This document shows positions 14,115 to 28,700 of a DNA stretch of 64,000 nt, piece after piece. Position 1 is the stretch's first letter. Each line of letters starts with the position of its first letter. This DNA comes from Ruditapes philippinarum (lineage: Eukaryota), in contig NW_026866645.1 of NCBI RefSeq assembly GCF_026571515.1, positions 1 through 64,000 on the forward strand, in the 5' to 3' direction. A program made the translations under genes and the position numbers. The notes beneath the pieces are model-generated. The model was given only the letters and a program-made list of their open reading frames with translations, made no database searches and was not told the DNA's origin.

Positions 14115-15730
14115 GTAAGTAAAATACATTTTCTAAATTAGGATCCCTGATTCCAAGGTTTGTCTTTGCTAATACAAAAGCCATATATTGCATTTACTTT
14201 ATTTTTTTTATATTTAACTGTTGACTGACTATAATTGTTGAATTTTGTTTGTTTTTGTCTAAATGAAAAAGTTAAATGATCGAACATGTTATATGCACGA
14301 GTATGTCTTATCTTTTAAGCGCACTTCCTGCAATAAATATACAACCAAAATGGAATGGTACAAAATGGATTTGAATATGTTTCACAAAATATATCATGTC
14401 TTGATTATAACATTTACTTTTATGGGGTCCTAGCGTTATTTGGAAGAACAGATACAGTCAAATGGGTTCTTAATTTTCTTTTTTATTTTCATGTGACTGT
14501 TCTTTGCTATCAAACAAAAATCAGAACGTTAATTTCATGTCAAGATCGACTTTACTGTCTTATCTTTGCTGTGCACTCAAATCACGTCAAAAATTTTGGA
14601 GTCTTCCATATTAGGATGCCCTCAAGCCAACTTGCGGGATATTGTTGGTTATATTCAGGTGCCAGCTCGTGCGTGAAATAATGCACAATAGGGACAGCCA
14701 AGGTAATCTGAAAAGGCGCCATGTGACAACTGACAATGAACAATGACAGTGTGACATAATGTTATACAAAACAACAGTCAAACAAAATCGATTTAATGTT
14801 GTAATAGATATGATAATGAAAAAACCGTAAAGCAAAGTATTGTTGGAGCTTGATAAAGTGAATGTCGGTGGTCTCCATTGTTGATATTTTCTTTTGTTTC
14901 TCTTTTAATTGCTGTTTCTTAAACAGATGTTGATATATGATTCCAGCTTAGAGCAATAGCTTTTTGTCTCAAAATGTAATTTTTCATTGTTTTTTTTTGT
15001 TATCCCAAAATGAATGAAATTGATTTGATACCTCATTTACACTTAACATCTGTCACACACTTGTATGAATGAATAAAAGAGAAAACAAATGATCTTGTTT
15101 TTCAAAGTTATTAATAAAACGCATTTGTGAATTAAATATGTTGGCATTCAAACATGTCACACACGCATAATCGACAATATAGTATTTAAAAAGAAATCGT
15201 TCCAGTTAATATGCGAACAGTGTTGAACAAGAAAATGGTTCGTACTGCTCGCTTTTTAGTAGGTACCTATTTTAAAATGTTCCCGAAATATGACAAATGT
15301 TTTGTCAAGATTGAAAGATGGACACGTACGTTGGATAGGAAGAAATAGAGAAAATGGTAAACCCTAAAGTCCAATAAACCCTAAAGTCCAAAACGGCAAA
15401 ATTGAAACTTTTGCAGATTAGGTTTATTGAGCTTGTTGATGGACGGTACTGTCTAATGCAGACTACCGTCCACGCCCCTTAGCACCGCTTTAAGCAGAAT
15501 TCAACATTTAAAAATGAAAATGGTGAAATTTTAAATTTAGAAAAAAATATAACAAGTAAAAGTACTGTGCATTTTCGCGTTAAACACTATATAGACAAAC
15601 ACGAGAGTATGAAGTTATTTTATTTTATTGAAAAACAATGACTCTTACAAAAAGCTTTTGAGTCATGATTCTTGTCACTTAGCAAAAACGTAAGACAAAT
15701 AAAATCGTATTTGATTGTAAGAAGATTATA

Positions 15731-16897
15731 CAGGGATGATCAAAAATAAACCGGACTGTGACTGTCAATCGAAGAATTTTCAACCTATCACTTATTGTTA
15801 TATATCACACTTAATCAGAAAACAATACCTGTAAACTGATGCTTTATCTAATCTGATAACGCAAAAAGCTTGTCCGTATATTTTACAATATGGCACATTA
15901 AGATTTCAAAATACGCCAAAACGTCATGAACCATATCTTTGATGTTGTCAAAAAAATTACTTCATTTAATCCATATTTATATTTGCAATCCCAATTCAAA
16001 CGTCACACGTTAATGAAATACTCCCGTTAAAACTGTATCGTCGGAATGTCTCGAAAATCGATCAATAAGAAAAATTTGCCAAAGTAAGACGAAAAACTGT
16101 TAAAAACGTAGAAAAATAGTATGACTATCAAGAGAAATGTTCCGGAAAGCTGCAGCATATTTTTTGATTAGCATAAATAATTAAGAAAGGGTAATAGAGT
16201 AAAAGAAAATAAGTTAAGGAGAAACAGAAAAAGAAATTTTCAAGGACGTTGGTGACGTTAATCGCCAAGACGTTGAAAGATGAAAGTCGATTGAATGCGG
16301 ACATTGTCAACGATGTTCGACAGTAGCTACGGGACGGTGCAGTCAACTCTAAGGATTTTAGAATGATAATAGTTAATATGCATTGATGACATATATTGTA
16401 TTCTTGGTTGACAATTGTAACAATTATTTTCTTATTTAACGCAGTACTTACATGGAGAAATTGTGTGAACAATTAGACAGTCACTGTTCAAAATCGTCTA
16501 AATTTATTTTAAAATAATGACTATTTTGTTCAAAGTTGTATTATTCTTTTATTTTTTCTTATGTATGATACCTTATCATTCAGCAACATTATTTTACATT
16601 ATTTGTCATACATCAACAACATGACTTAACCACGTATTGGCCTACTCCGTGAATGAGTAAAAAGCTGCTTCGTTAGTGACGTCGTTAACGTCAATTTCAA
16701 AGTTACCGTGCGCCGCATTGCTTTACATGTACATGCAAATAACAGCATAACTTTTTTCTTTGTTAACATTTCTTGTTGGTATTTTTTGTATCATTCAGGG
16801 GATAGATTCCGATTTATGTTCCGTGTATTTGTATGTTAATTCATTTAACAGGTAAAGAATCATTTACAAAGACCGGTTAATTTTTGATCATCCCTCG
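15731..16897. mobile_element. Non-autonomous Tc1/mariner-type element in GPCR intron 1
   Basis: TA|CAGGGATGATCAAAAATAAACCGG ... CCGGTTAATTTTTGATCATCCCTCG|TA: ~25-bp TIRs with TA duplication. No transposase ORF. Confidence 0.85.
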
Positions 16898-19519
16898 TAT
16901 ATCGAACTTAAAATAGCTCTTAACTGTGAAGAAAATGCAGTTTTTTAAAATGTTGTATTTCATTCAACTTTTGAATACACGTGCTCAGTGCTTCTCTATC
17001 CTACCGTAGTACAAGTACATGTATATTACTTTGCATACCTAATTTGTACTGCCTTACAAATATCTTAATTTCCATATATAAAGTCAAAATATTTTCACAC
17101 CAAGACTTATATCTACTATATATATCAAACAATTTTGCTTCATATTTTTGAAGCGTTTACTTGATTTATTTCTGACAAACACCGCTTTTCTGACCGCGTA
17201 AAAGGGGCTGTGGGCGTGTCTCTCTTTATCGACAGTAGCTACGGTTTATTCCAAAATTGTTCACAGTTGCTCTTGAAGCTATCGCTACTCATTACAAGTA
17301 AAGTCGCTGTCCTATATACATTTATCAGAGAACACAGTATCTAAAATAAGTGTTCTTCTGTTTAAAGATATTATTAACAGACATTTTGGCCACTCTCATT
17401 CACATCCCGTATCCGCTCCAGAATGTTAACTAGGAATATTCCGAAATTTATTCATAGTGGCTTCAGAAGTGTTTGCTGGGATCTGATTATTTTGTCAAAA
17501 AGTAATTATACGAATTAATCTATGAAGGGCCCTGATATGGTTTAAATAATGGTATTTTATGGCACTTTATCAGACAATCAAGCTTAGAAAAAAGTTAATA
17601 CGGCTAATAATTAAGCCAAAATCATCTCCCCGGCGCATTATGACATGTAATATTTTGGTACGTCGTTAAACCAAACAAACGAAACTAAAGTGTCACTTTG
17701 GTTAAGATAACCCGCGTCCGCGAATGGTTACACATGTGCATATTGGTATGACATCTAATTAAAACACGTGATAATTATGTTTTGTTTTTTCGAATATAAG
17801 GGCTGATTTTTTCATACTTCGACTAGACATCACAAAAGGTAACTCCCCGGTGGGAATAATATGCTTTATTATGTGATGAATCGCCTTGGAATTATCTGAA
17901 GACAGCAAGCTTTAATTCAAACTAAGCCCACTTTTTGTTCTGATCGATTCAAATGTCATTACAAAGATAAATGTTGTGATGTTGTTTTTCTTCCTTTGAA
18001 TAAATAAAAAACATTATCTGAAATAATGAATGTTATTGTGTTTTAGACCAGCATACGGCAATACGACACAATCGGATTATAAAACAGCAGACGTTTCTCT
18101 TGAATTAAATTGATTTTTAAATCCATCAATGCAAAGCCATCATGCTTTAATTAAATAATTAATATCAATAAAAAGGGGGTTTCTTTAGGGAATAAATTGA
18201 AAATTTCTTTTTAATTTTTTTGACCCAGATAGAGAAAAAAATAATCATCTTTTTCCAAAGAAAAAAATTTAAATGAAAGCCCCTTGCCTTTGGCATAAAA
18301 ACGTTTTTGTATCCCTTTTGCCACGGGGCGTTTTTATTACTTTTTTTATGATCAAATTTTAAAAAAATTTTGAAATTTTAAATTCCCAAAAATTAAATTC
18401 ATTTTTTCCCCTTTTCGGCCCCGGTAAAATTATTTTCTTTGGGTTAAAATATGTAGCTTTTTCTGATTATCCCCCTTACGTTTTCGATACCTTTTTCACA
18501 TATATAAATTGATAGCGTTGTAAAAACGTCCGTGTTTATTTACAACAGATTCCGATTACAAACAGTATTACGTCATTCTTGTGAGATTTTTTCACGAGAA
18601 GAATACGCTCCTTCCTGGTTTTCCTAAAATATATATAATGAGCAAAAAATATGTAAACTTTATATTATGTTTTTAAGGCAACACTGTACAGCACATAACT
18701 AGATATATTGTAATAAAATACCTTTTTAATTCATGTTTTTATATACATTTGTATTTGTTGTTTTTATAAGTAACGATAATAATTCGTTATAATTTCATAA
18801 TATTTTTTTTTCTTTCAATTTATTGACTTTAATGTTATATAATTAATGCTTGCAAAGTACAATCATCAGTAAGACATCAGGAAATTATTAACTTATGTTA
18901 GGAATGTCTTTAATTTACTGTTTGAATCTCAAATGAAAATGAGTGTGGTACACATTTCGGTTGCTTCCTTCAACTTAATATTTGAACACGAACCAGCTGT
19001 AAAACTTGTACATATGAAACAACTTATAAAATCTATAAGGATATATAAATGATAAAACCGTTTCTAGATACATTGAACATTGTTACTGAGATTTAATGAC
19101 AGGTGTCTATTTGTTTTCAAACATTGATTTTCAAAATATCTCATTTAATGATTTTGTTTGAAATACAACGTTTTGTCATATTGGCAAGATATTACAATTT
19201 TTCACTGTTTATTGAATAAGAAAGAAAGATATACATGTATGGTGGGCTGTTATGTAATTATCATATTTTGTACAAAATTTAATTTAGGGCTTTACCTAAA
19301 TAATAAATTATTTTTGCTATTCATTTTTTTTAAAAAAATCAAAAAGTTTTTAAAAATCATAATTTTTCGGGTCTTCATAGAATGATTAATTATAATTATA
19401 AGACATTTTTGCATTACGGGATTCAAGTCCTTTTTAAAGCTAGAAATGTCTTTAAAAAAGCACTTTTTCTTTTTTTCAAAAAATTGGGAAAATTTTCCGA
19501 AATAAATTTGATGAACTAT

Positions 19520-19867
19520 GCCTTTTTCCTTTAAACGAGGGTTGCCTTTGCCCCTTACTTTTCCATGACCGTCCGCGAGAAAAAAATTATCATTACGGGT
19601 ATAGGGGATTACTTTAAACATGCATCGCAATTCCAGAACTCATCACCTCAACAGTGATACCATTGAGATCCGACACGGTCCTGTTGTCTTCTTGCTATCC
19701 AGCCCTTTGGGATGAAAAGAACATCATCATCTTCCAGATATGTCTCATGGTGGCCTTGTATTTCCTTCCTATTGCTATGATGGCCTTCAGTTATATCCAT
19801 ATTTCGTTAGTTTTATGGAGAGGAAGCATTTCAGAATCGGAATCAATTGAGCTAAGTATGAACATAA
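19520..19867 (+). CDS. Orexin/allatotropin receptor-like GPCR, coding exon 2 (TM3-TM5); 5' part garbled, start approximate
   Basis: Clean from ~19620: CIAIPELITSTVIPLRSDTVLLSSCYPALW...FQICLMVALYFLPIAMMAFSYIHISLVLW. Upstream only traces of TM3/TM4 remain (ATTATCATTACGGGTATA = IIITGI). Two phase-1 donors are possible, after 19855 or 19867. Confidence 0.75.
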
Positions 19868-21371
19868 GTAAATGTTTTACTTCCTTTGTATTCTCATAAC
19901 TACACTTTCATACTGATAGGGTAATACCCTGTTCCTTTTACACCTTTATTTGTCTTTACATAAATAATATACAAAAATGCAAATCATAGTAAGTAGATTC
20001 ATTAAAGAGTAATTCAAAATCTATGCAATCAAATAACGACAAGTATTTCTTATATCTTAAAATCTTCAAAGAAAACATTGTTGCAAGAAAAAAGGAGTGC
20101 CTCATAGTTGTGTATTTTATTTACAACAGTTACTGTTATCCCAATATAGATATATTAAAGACAAAATTAAGCCTCAATGATGTTTATATTTGTATTTCTT
20201 TTCTATTCTGAATCCTACTGAGATTTCCAAATGTTTACTTATTGATCATACAATTGAGCCTTTTTTGTATTTTGGCTATTACTGTCCGTGTGCTTACAGT
20301 GATTTAGTGATTTGTATGAAGTCAAAATGCAACGTTGTTTACATTTTGCTACCTTTGTCGCGAATTGTGTCACATTTATTACAATAAAAGTACATTTTTA
20401 TATAATACAACACATGTTGCCGTTTCTATAGAAAGAAAAATGTATAAATTTCTAGGCTTAATTTTCTGTTAAGTAGCAATGTAGAAATGTCATGGTGTAG
20501 GACATTTTAGCATTGTATTCAAGAAAGTAGGTTGAACACGGACACAGAATGGAAGCAGCTATGACGTGCTAGGAATAAGATGATATATATATATATATAT
20601 ATTGCATAGTCTTTATCAGCAAGTTTTACACGTATATAACATTATATATGCAATGAGTTCAAACAACAGAAGGTCACACAATACAAATTGATCAATTACA
20701 AATCTGTTTAAACATATGATCCTTACATAAATGATATGGAACAGCTTCTTTATTATAATGTCGGAAATAAAAATATCAATTTCAGATTTCTTTTTACTAA
20801 TCATACTTAGCTTAGATAATATTTTAATATTAACAGCAGCAAAAATACAGACGTTTTTTTTTCTCGCACGAATTTGTGACGTTTATAAAATTCTAAAAAT
20901 TGTTATATCTCACACACAACTTTCTTCGTTGTTATCGAATAGCTTCTCTGTGTGGTCTATGGCTATAGTGTCCGATATATAGGTGACTGACCTTATACTA
21001 TCCGTGTTTAACATATAATTGTTTAATGCATATTAATTGTCATTTGAAGTATTGTATGGTTGCTTCCATTAAAATTTATATTCTTTGTCTAGATAAAACT
21101 TGTTTTATGTAATGTTCAGATGCACTACTATTTCAAAGTTTTACAATTATAGATAAAATGGAAAACTTCAGTCAAAATGGAACAACCAAAACTGTTGTCA
21201 AATACGGTATTGTAAATATAAGCTAGTATCTACGCCTGTTAGCATTTATGTTAAGCAGAGTTTAAACACTTCAATATTAGAGGATGTTTATTTTAGAATG
21301 TGTTCGTTTTTACAGTTTAAACGAATCTATGTATTTCCTTGGTTGACGATAAACATAATTATATTTCACAG

Positions 21372-21522
21372 GGGCAAGAAAACCAATGATTGGAAGAAGT
21401 ATCCGAGTTCATGAAAATGTCGGGCAGACAGAAAGCAGACGGAAAGCTGTTCGGATGTTGGTGGCAGTTGTTATTGTATTTGCCCTGTGTTTTCTTCCGA
21501 ATCATACCCTAAATATACTACG
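21372..21522 (+). CDS. Orexin/allatotropin receptor-like GPCR, coding exon 3 (ICL3, TM6)
   Basis: TTTCACAG| ARKPMIGRSIRVHENVGQTESRRKAVRMLVAVVIVFALCFLPNHTLNILR |GTAAG. Phase 1 in, phase 2 out. Absent from the ORF track. Confidence 0.92.
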
Positions 21523-21883
21523 GTAAGATCAGCCTTTGGATTTTTTTTCAAAATCTTTAACAGTTACATGTACTATATCAATAGTAGGTCATTTAACATT
21601 GCAAGGAAGAGCACCTGAGGTCGTCCTCCAGTATTTAAGCTTGACAATTGCCTGTGTTTGTGTGACTGCAGATAAAATAAAATACAATTTACACATTTCA
21701 TTTAAATTTAGTTGGATAAAAGATTAGACATTCCATTATTTTATCTTACTATATATTTTTCTATAATTTATAGCAAAACATCATTTCCCGTTACATTTTA
21801 TTACCAAAAAATGATGCTTTCAGTATGCAATTAAATCGTTCTGTGATTTTTATCAATCGTAAAAAAAAATCTAACTGTTGCAG

Positions 21884-21996
21884 ATATACAGGACAGCTCC
21901 AAAAAGTGCCTAACAAACGCGTGATTGCATTGTTTGCCCACTGGGCAACATTCTTCAATAGCTGCGTTAATCCAGTCATCTATAATTTTATGAGCG
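21884..21996 (+). CDS. Orexin/allatotropin receptor-like GPCR, coding exon 4 (TM7)
   Basis: TTGCAG| YTGQLQKVPNKRVIALFAHWATFFNSCVNPVIYNFMS |GTAGGT. NPxxY motif; phases match the neighbouring exons. Confidence 0.93.
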
Positions 21997-22547
21997 GTAG
22001 GTGTTTCTATATGAACTGTTTAAACCCTTGCATTTTTCAACAATGTAAATACATAACCTTTTTAAAGTGTACAAACGAAATGTCTTCGTATAAGTTATAA
22101 AGTCCTGCAGCACTAAAGTAGAATTACATACTAGTGTATTCGAAAGGTTGCTATTGACAAATTCTGATTATGATTTTTTATACTCCATATTATATAGTTG
22201 TTCTGCATAAATGATGTTACAAAATATGCAATTATAGACATACCTTTTGAGATTTTCTTCTGCTTATCTTTGTCAATTAAACATAAGCAAGAAGTTAAGT
22301 TGAAAATCGCAGACTTGGTTTAAGTCTTTATTTTCATGAATTTAATATATAATTGTTAATACAAACATATCACAAGGCCTTAAAGCACCGATAGCAAATG
22401 AAACTTGTTTTATGCATCGATTTAACCGTTATTGATATAACTAAATTTGGACCATTTGGTCATGAAATTAAAAAACCAAATAGTATGTTCTTTGAGTTAA
22501 AATGTAAACCTTCTAACTTGCCTGTTACATTTTTATTTTATTTTCAG

Positions 22548-22702
22548 AGACATTCAGAAAAGCATTTAAAGAAGTGCTGCTTCGATCTTGTTTTCGATGT
22601 CGTAAATTGCAAAGGCAATTTCAAAGAACAAGCTCATACCGCATGACATTCTCGGGAACAAGAAGTGGAGTAGGTGTTAGATTTAGCAACAACAACAGTT
22701 GA
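22548..22702 (+). CDS. Orexin/allatotropin receptor-like GPCR, last coding exon (helix 8, C-tail)
   Basis: TTTTCAG| ETFRKAFKEVLLRSCFRCRKLQRQFQRTSSYRMTFSGTRSGVGVRFSNNNS*. Helix-8 FRxxF, candidate palmitoylation Cys, Ser/Thr-rich tail. Confidence 0.88.
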
Positions 22703-25700
22703 AAAGCATGATATGATACTCAAAATTGGATAAATTTGTTTTATGACATTCAACCTATTTTGTTCTGTTTCTTATTGCAAGACATAACACAATTACAAAT
22801 TGCCTGTATCTTTCTTTGGTATAAATCAATATTATATATCAATAGACTTTGCAAATGAATGAATTAGGGACTACCATGGCCGTCGCGATACACTTAACAT
22901 GTGTTTTTGAAAGTGTCTTGCAGTTTTATTGCATTAGTTCAAATAAAGCGTTATCTTAAAAGTATAAAAGTTGTTGCTATATGAGCAGCATATTCAGGGT
23001 CCCCAGCAGTGGTTTGAAATAAAGACAGATAAAAATTAAGTACTATATTGATAAGTGTCACTAATCAGTATATTAATGTAATAACTACATTTTTCTATAA
23101 GTTTTAATTCCTCGTATTGCTGTATCATTTTGTAAAAGTATATAAAAAAGTTTTGTTTGCAAAATTTAATAAGTAAAACGATCTCAATAAATATTGGAAC
23201 AATTATTTAGTTTCTTAAAGCATTGCAATTTTCATGCCATTTTATGAGTACAATATCATTCAGTATAAAATTTAATATGATTTGACTAGCCAATCAATTA
23301 TTGTTTTGACAAAATAAACAACGACAAAAACAGTTTTTATTTGCGGTTATGGTTTAATCACATATTCAGCAACTTCGCAGTTACAGTGTACGTAACTAGG
23401 AATTCCTACGGAATTTATTTTTAACACTTAATTTGCTTGACCTAGTTTTATTGGTATATATTGTATATACATATTAATATGTATAATTAATACTAATAAA
23501 GTATTAAAATGCATATACGTGTGATGTATGTATAAATTATGAGTTCCAGATCGTTTGCAGATTTTTGTTTTAATAAAAAAACTGTTTTCGTGTTTTAGGT
23601 TCTTTACTTCGAAAATTTGATTGTTTTAAATATACATATATGTATTCAGATATTAATTATTATGATAATGTGAATAAACTTTAATTTTCAATTGGATATG
23701 TGTGTGTTTTTATACATCATATATAATGAAATTTATATTTGTGGTGAAGTCGTGATGTATATAGCCACAAGTATAACAATTAGTCACATTTCTCTACTTT
23801 CCCATTTATCATCAGATCCAATATATTCGGTTGATTGAAAGTAAACATATAAGAAATAACAATAGTCATGATTTACAATTTTTGTCGCAAACTTAATTCA
23901 CTTAAATTGATATAGCCAATGAGTAACGCATTAATAAGCGAAAATATTTTTGATGACCTATAAACTGGACCTTAACGTACTTACAGCTAATCATCAACAA
24001 AAATGACATATGAATGGAGCGAATAAGTAAATCATATTAAACAAAATGCAGATAATTGTAATGGTTAAACACCAATCGCCGTTCAAACAATGTTGTTTTT
24101 AAGAAAAGGACACAAAGAAGATTATTGCTTTTGTAATAAGTGTTCTATACAAATTTTATGAACTTCATTTTTATAACAATGTATTGAATTATGATTTTAA
24201 TTTATTTGGATTACCATAAGTATTATAAGCATAAACGGAAGTATCTATAATACAGAATATAGGCCCATTATGCCCTTAAAATGCTTTATATTTCACAAAA
24301 ACCTTTTCTTCCTGATGTCCTGTTATCGTTTCCTAAAACAAGTTATTTAATGTGACCAATTATTTAAACCATCTTTTGCTTCTGTTTTTCTTTTGGCAAT
24401 TAGTACAGATATAGTTATTTAGTATTTTGAATGGAAGACAAAATACAACTCACTTGTTTACATTTTGCTACTTTTATGACAAATAATTTCTTGTTCAATG
24501 CTACTTTATTCAGGTGATTGGCACATAACATGCTCTAAAACCATAATTGAAATGTAATTAAACACATGTAACGTTTCTAAAAAAGGATAAACAGCTTATA
24601 TTCTGTGGCATAGTTTGCCTTTAAAAATCTAGAGCTTGTAAGAACAAAAAATAAATGTAAAGAAATACAAAATATTGTGCACAGTTCCAAATCGGTTTAA
24701 AAGCCCTCCCTTGAATTTGATAGGATTATCTTTAATCTGAAAATGGACACTAAATTATACAATAAAATTTTGATATAATATAACAATATTATTCTTTCTC
24801 TGAAATAATAAGAAAATAAATCCAACACAAGCTGTGCTTTGTACACACTCTGTTCATCTGTAACAATTCAAGTTTTTGTAATCTTGTCAGTTGCTTTCTT
24901 CATCAATTTAATAGTTGTTAGTTTGCTTTTTGTGCAAATAACTGACGCCTGGCTACAACCATTGCGAGAGTTTAATTCTATCTACATTACTATTTTAAGC
25001 ATAAATTTTGATTGGACAATAATTTTTATTACTTGCAAAAGACAAAAAGGTCTTAGATTTTTACTTTTAATGAAAATTGTAAAGTTTATTGATTGAAATT
25101 GTTTGTCCTGTTTTTGATGAACATTTTTGCAATATTTTAAACCGTACGATTACCATCATAAATACATTATGTGAACATAAATGGAAAGTCAGAGAAAAAA
25201 CAATGCCGAGGTGGTTTTGGACTAAAAAATAATAATTATAATTATACCTAAAATGAAAACGCAAAAGCTCATAGAGTGCTATCATAGTGAAGTTTCATTT
25301 AAATAGAATATACTTTTATTTGAAATAAACACGTACATTGTTAAATCATTGTAGCTTTTTAGTAAAGACGTGTTGATCTTAATTTACAAAGTGCATTTAG
25401 AATTTGCGTCATATTTTAAGATTGCATGTTTAAGGCTTCGTATATGGGAATGGTATTTTGTTACGTTATTGAAATGCTAGTATGACAATAAAAGGATAAT
25501 TTCAGTTAGCGTATACAGTAATATTTTATTACATTATAACATGAGCAAGTTATAAAAAAACCTCTTTACCTTGAGTTTATTTTTAACAATTTCTGGATTG
25601 GATATCGTAATTATATTGGTTGTCGTTAAATATCATAGATGAAAATAAATATTAATTGCGAAACATTTGTCCTCTCTAATTCGATAGATAATGCAGAACA

Positions 25701-28700
25701 ATCATCAGCGTTTTCATGAGATGTACTTTTAATAATGAAATGTCCTTAAAATTGATTCTTTCATAGCGTTTACAATGAGGTTTTGATACGGGAAATATAA
25801 TATATCTTTTTAATGAGCGTTCAACATGATAACAGAAATCTTTCTAATTGGATACAGTTACAGAGGTGTATCACAAAAATAATATGGCGTTATCTTACAT
25901 GTGTTGTTTCAGTCTCGTATTTCTTCTTTTTTATTAAAGAAAACCCAGAGCGTACATGCCAATATAGTTTGACTTTCCGATTGAATGGCCATAAAACTAG
26001 TACTCTAGAAGGACTGATGTAACTGTATTAAGAAAGAAGATATTAAATGTGCATTTTGATTAAACAATGCCTAATACAGTCTAAGACTAGCCAAAACAAA
26101 AATAGTGTTTTATGATACAACATATATTCATATGAGTACAAATTGTATAAAAAGTAGAGTTTCTGTTGGTGATCTACATCCTAACCTATTTCCTTATGTG
26201 TTTTGTGACTTGTTGGTTACCTTTGCTATGATCCTGTTTTTTTGCTATATTTGGATCAGGCATTAAGGACTGCATTCTATGCACGTGACTCTGTCTTATC
26301 AGTCGATCATCTTTAATTTATTACCTTATTTCTAATTTATTATAAAAATGACATTATTAGAGTTCCACTGATATCAAAAAGGCTTGAAGTATAAGATTTG
26401 AAATTCTGAAAAAGATCAATCTACACACTTTAACTATATGAAATAAATATCAACGAACATACACCGGTTTTCTTTTATCATTTTTTTATCAATGATCAAT
26501 GATACATAATTCTTATATTTTATGTCTTCGTTATGTTATTTTCCCTCGCCATAAATCATAAATTTCAAAATAATGTATTTTTCACGAATAATTAAAAAAT
26601 GTGACAATAAAAAGTCCATTTAAAATGATACTAACGAAATATTTACATAACAATGTCAATGAAAATATATTTTGATATCAAACAATATAAATACATAGAC
26701 TAAAGAGAAGTTTTGCTGAAAATACCTTTTTTCTGATACGATTAATTTAGTTTTAATTTACTTTAATTTTAATCATTTACTATTTATTGTAATCTTATTT
26801 TAACCTTACTTATTTTTCTATCTAAAGCATATAGACAGGCAGTCATCCTGATCTGTATCGTCACTCTATTTACTCGGGGCTCTAATGACTAAAATTGTCA
26901 ACGTAATCGATTTCTTTATAATAAAATTCAATATATGGACAAAATATGACATAAATACACAATGTAGTATATCAATATAATATCTAAGTTTGAAAATACA
27001 GGGATTTTCTACTATCAATTTAACGTTAACGTTAAAGCAATATGGAAATGCCAACCCCGTATTTACTCAATACATATAAAAACATTATAGCATTTGTGGT
27101 ATTGTATTTCTGTCATAAGATGATTCCTTCGTGCAGACTGTCGTTTTTCTTCAATATTTTCTTTTTATAAAGAGCCTATGCTATCAAGGGTAACAAATGA
27201 ATATTCTAAATAACTTGATAATGTTTTCTTTTCTTTAGATAGGTTGATAAAAACAATGTTTCTGTAAAGATTTGTGCCATTACTAGAAGAAAATGCATTT
27301 AATAAAATAACATTGGATACATAAGTATATTTCTAAATGTATTTGAACAGAGAAAATGATGCAAAAAAGACACTTTCAAGTGGCAAAATGGCAATAAATA
27401 AAAAAGCAACCTATTAGTAAGCGAACTTTGAAACATAGAACTTCAAGGTAGTATTGTTATTTAACATGACTGTACGTTGTATTTTTTTATGACAGACAAG
27501 CACATTTGTAGACATAATATTATATGTATCGATGGCAGGAAACAAGCTGGACAGAAAATATCATTAAAAAGGATATACGGCACTGGTGGAAGCATGCTAA
27601 CTAATGTTCAAGAAGTGGACTTTCATTAATTTGTGAAATATTGCACTTGAAATGATTTTATGATTAGCTTTTCTTTTTACGTTCAACAATCGAAACATGT
27701 AGATTGATGGAAGCAGCAACAAAAAAGAGAGCAAGTGTACAATGGCTGCGAAGAAATTGTGTAGCACCACAATAATGAATTAATATGAAGCTATTAGGCT
27801 TCGGAAATGAAAACAAGACTGTACTAGATCATGTCGTTGTGCCGTTGTGCAAATGCTGAACGTTCAATGGTTATATTATATTAAAATTATTGCACATTCT
27901 TGAATTCAGCTGTTATCATCATCTTGATTGATTGCACATGTGTATATTATCATTTATTTCATATCTCGTAAACTGATGTTTAGATTTTTGTTGAATATCT
28001 TTGCATTTTTAGAATCAAATGAAAATTCATATTTTTAAGACTTTCCCCATGGAATTGTCAGTATGCTGTTGATTAGAAAATTAAGATATAAAGATATAAA
28101 CATTTGTATTCAGCACGTTTTAGAAATGCGGCATGTTAAAGTAATCTCTAAAGTGTAAATAGCCAACATTTGATTCGATTAGCTATACACCCAAATCTTA
28201 ACTTAATTACATCTAATCCTGTATAAGAAACTTTCTTTCCATAATGGCTTGTGAATGAAGCAAAATGGTCAAGCATGAACTGTATTTCTTTCCTTTATAT
28301 AGCAATTTCATTTAATTTATATATTAATTACACCACGTATATACAATAAAGGCAATGCGATTTACAACGTTTATGTTTTAACATTTTAAAATCAATAAGT
28401 GTAAAGAAGAGATTTTGATGAAGATATACAAACAATCTATTCCTGGTATCAAATCAGTTTCATTCCCCTCGGCCCTGATTTTTTTTTTAAATTTGATATG
28501 AAAATGAATACAGGCGGGAATTGAATATAAAATATGATTTTACTATTGCTGTCTGTACAGAGAAAGAAATTGAATCTTACACAAGCTGTGCTATTGCTAC
28601 AAAATATGTTTTTATTGTAACAATAGAAGCCTTTTAATATTGTAAATTGTCAGTATCAATTTCATGGATTGTTCTGTTCTAAAGCACATGCATGCGCTGA

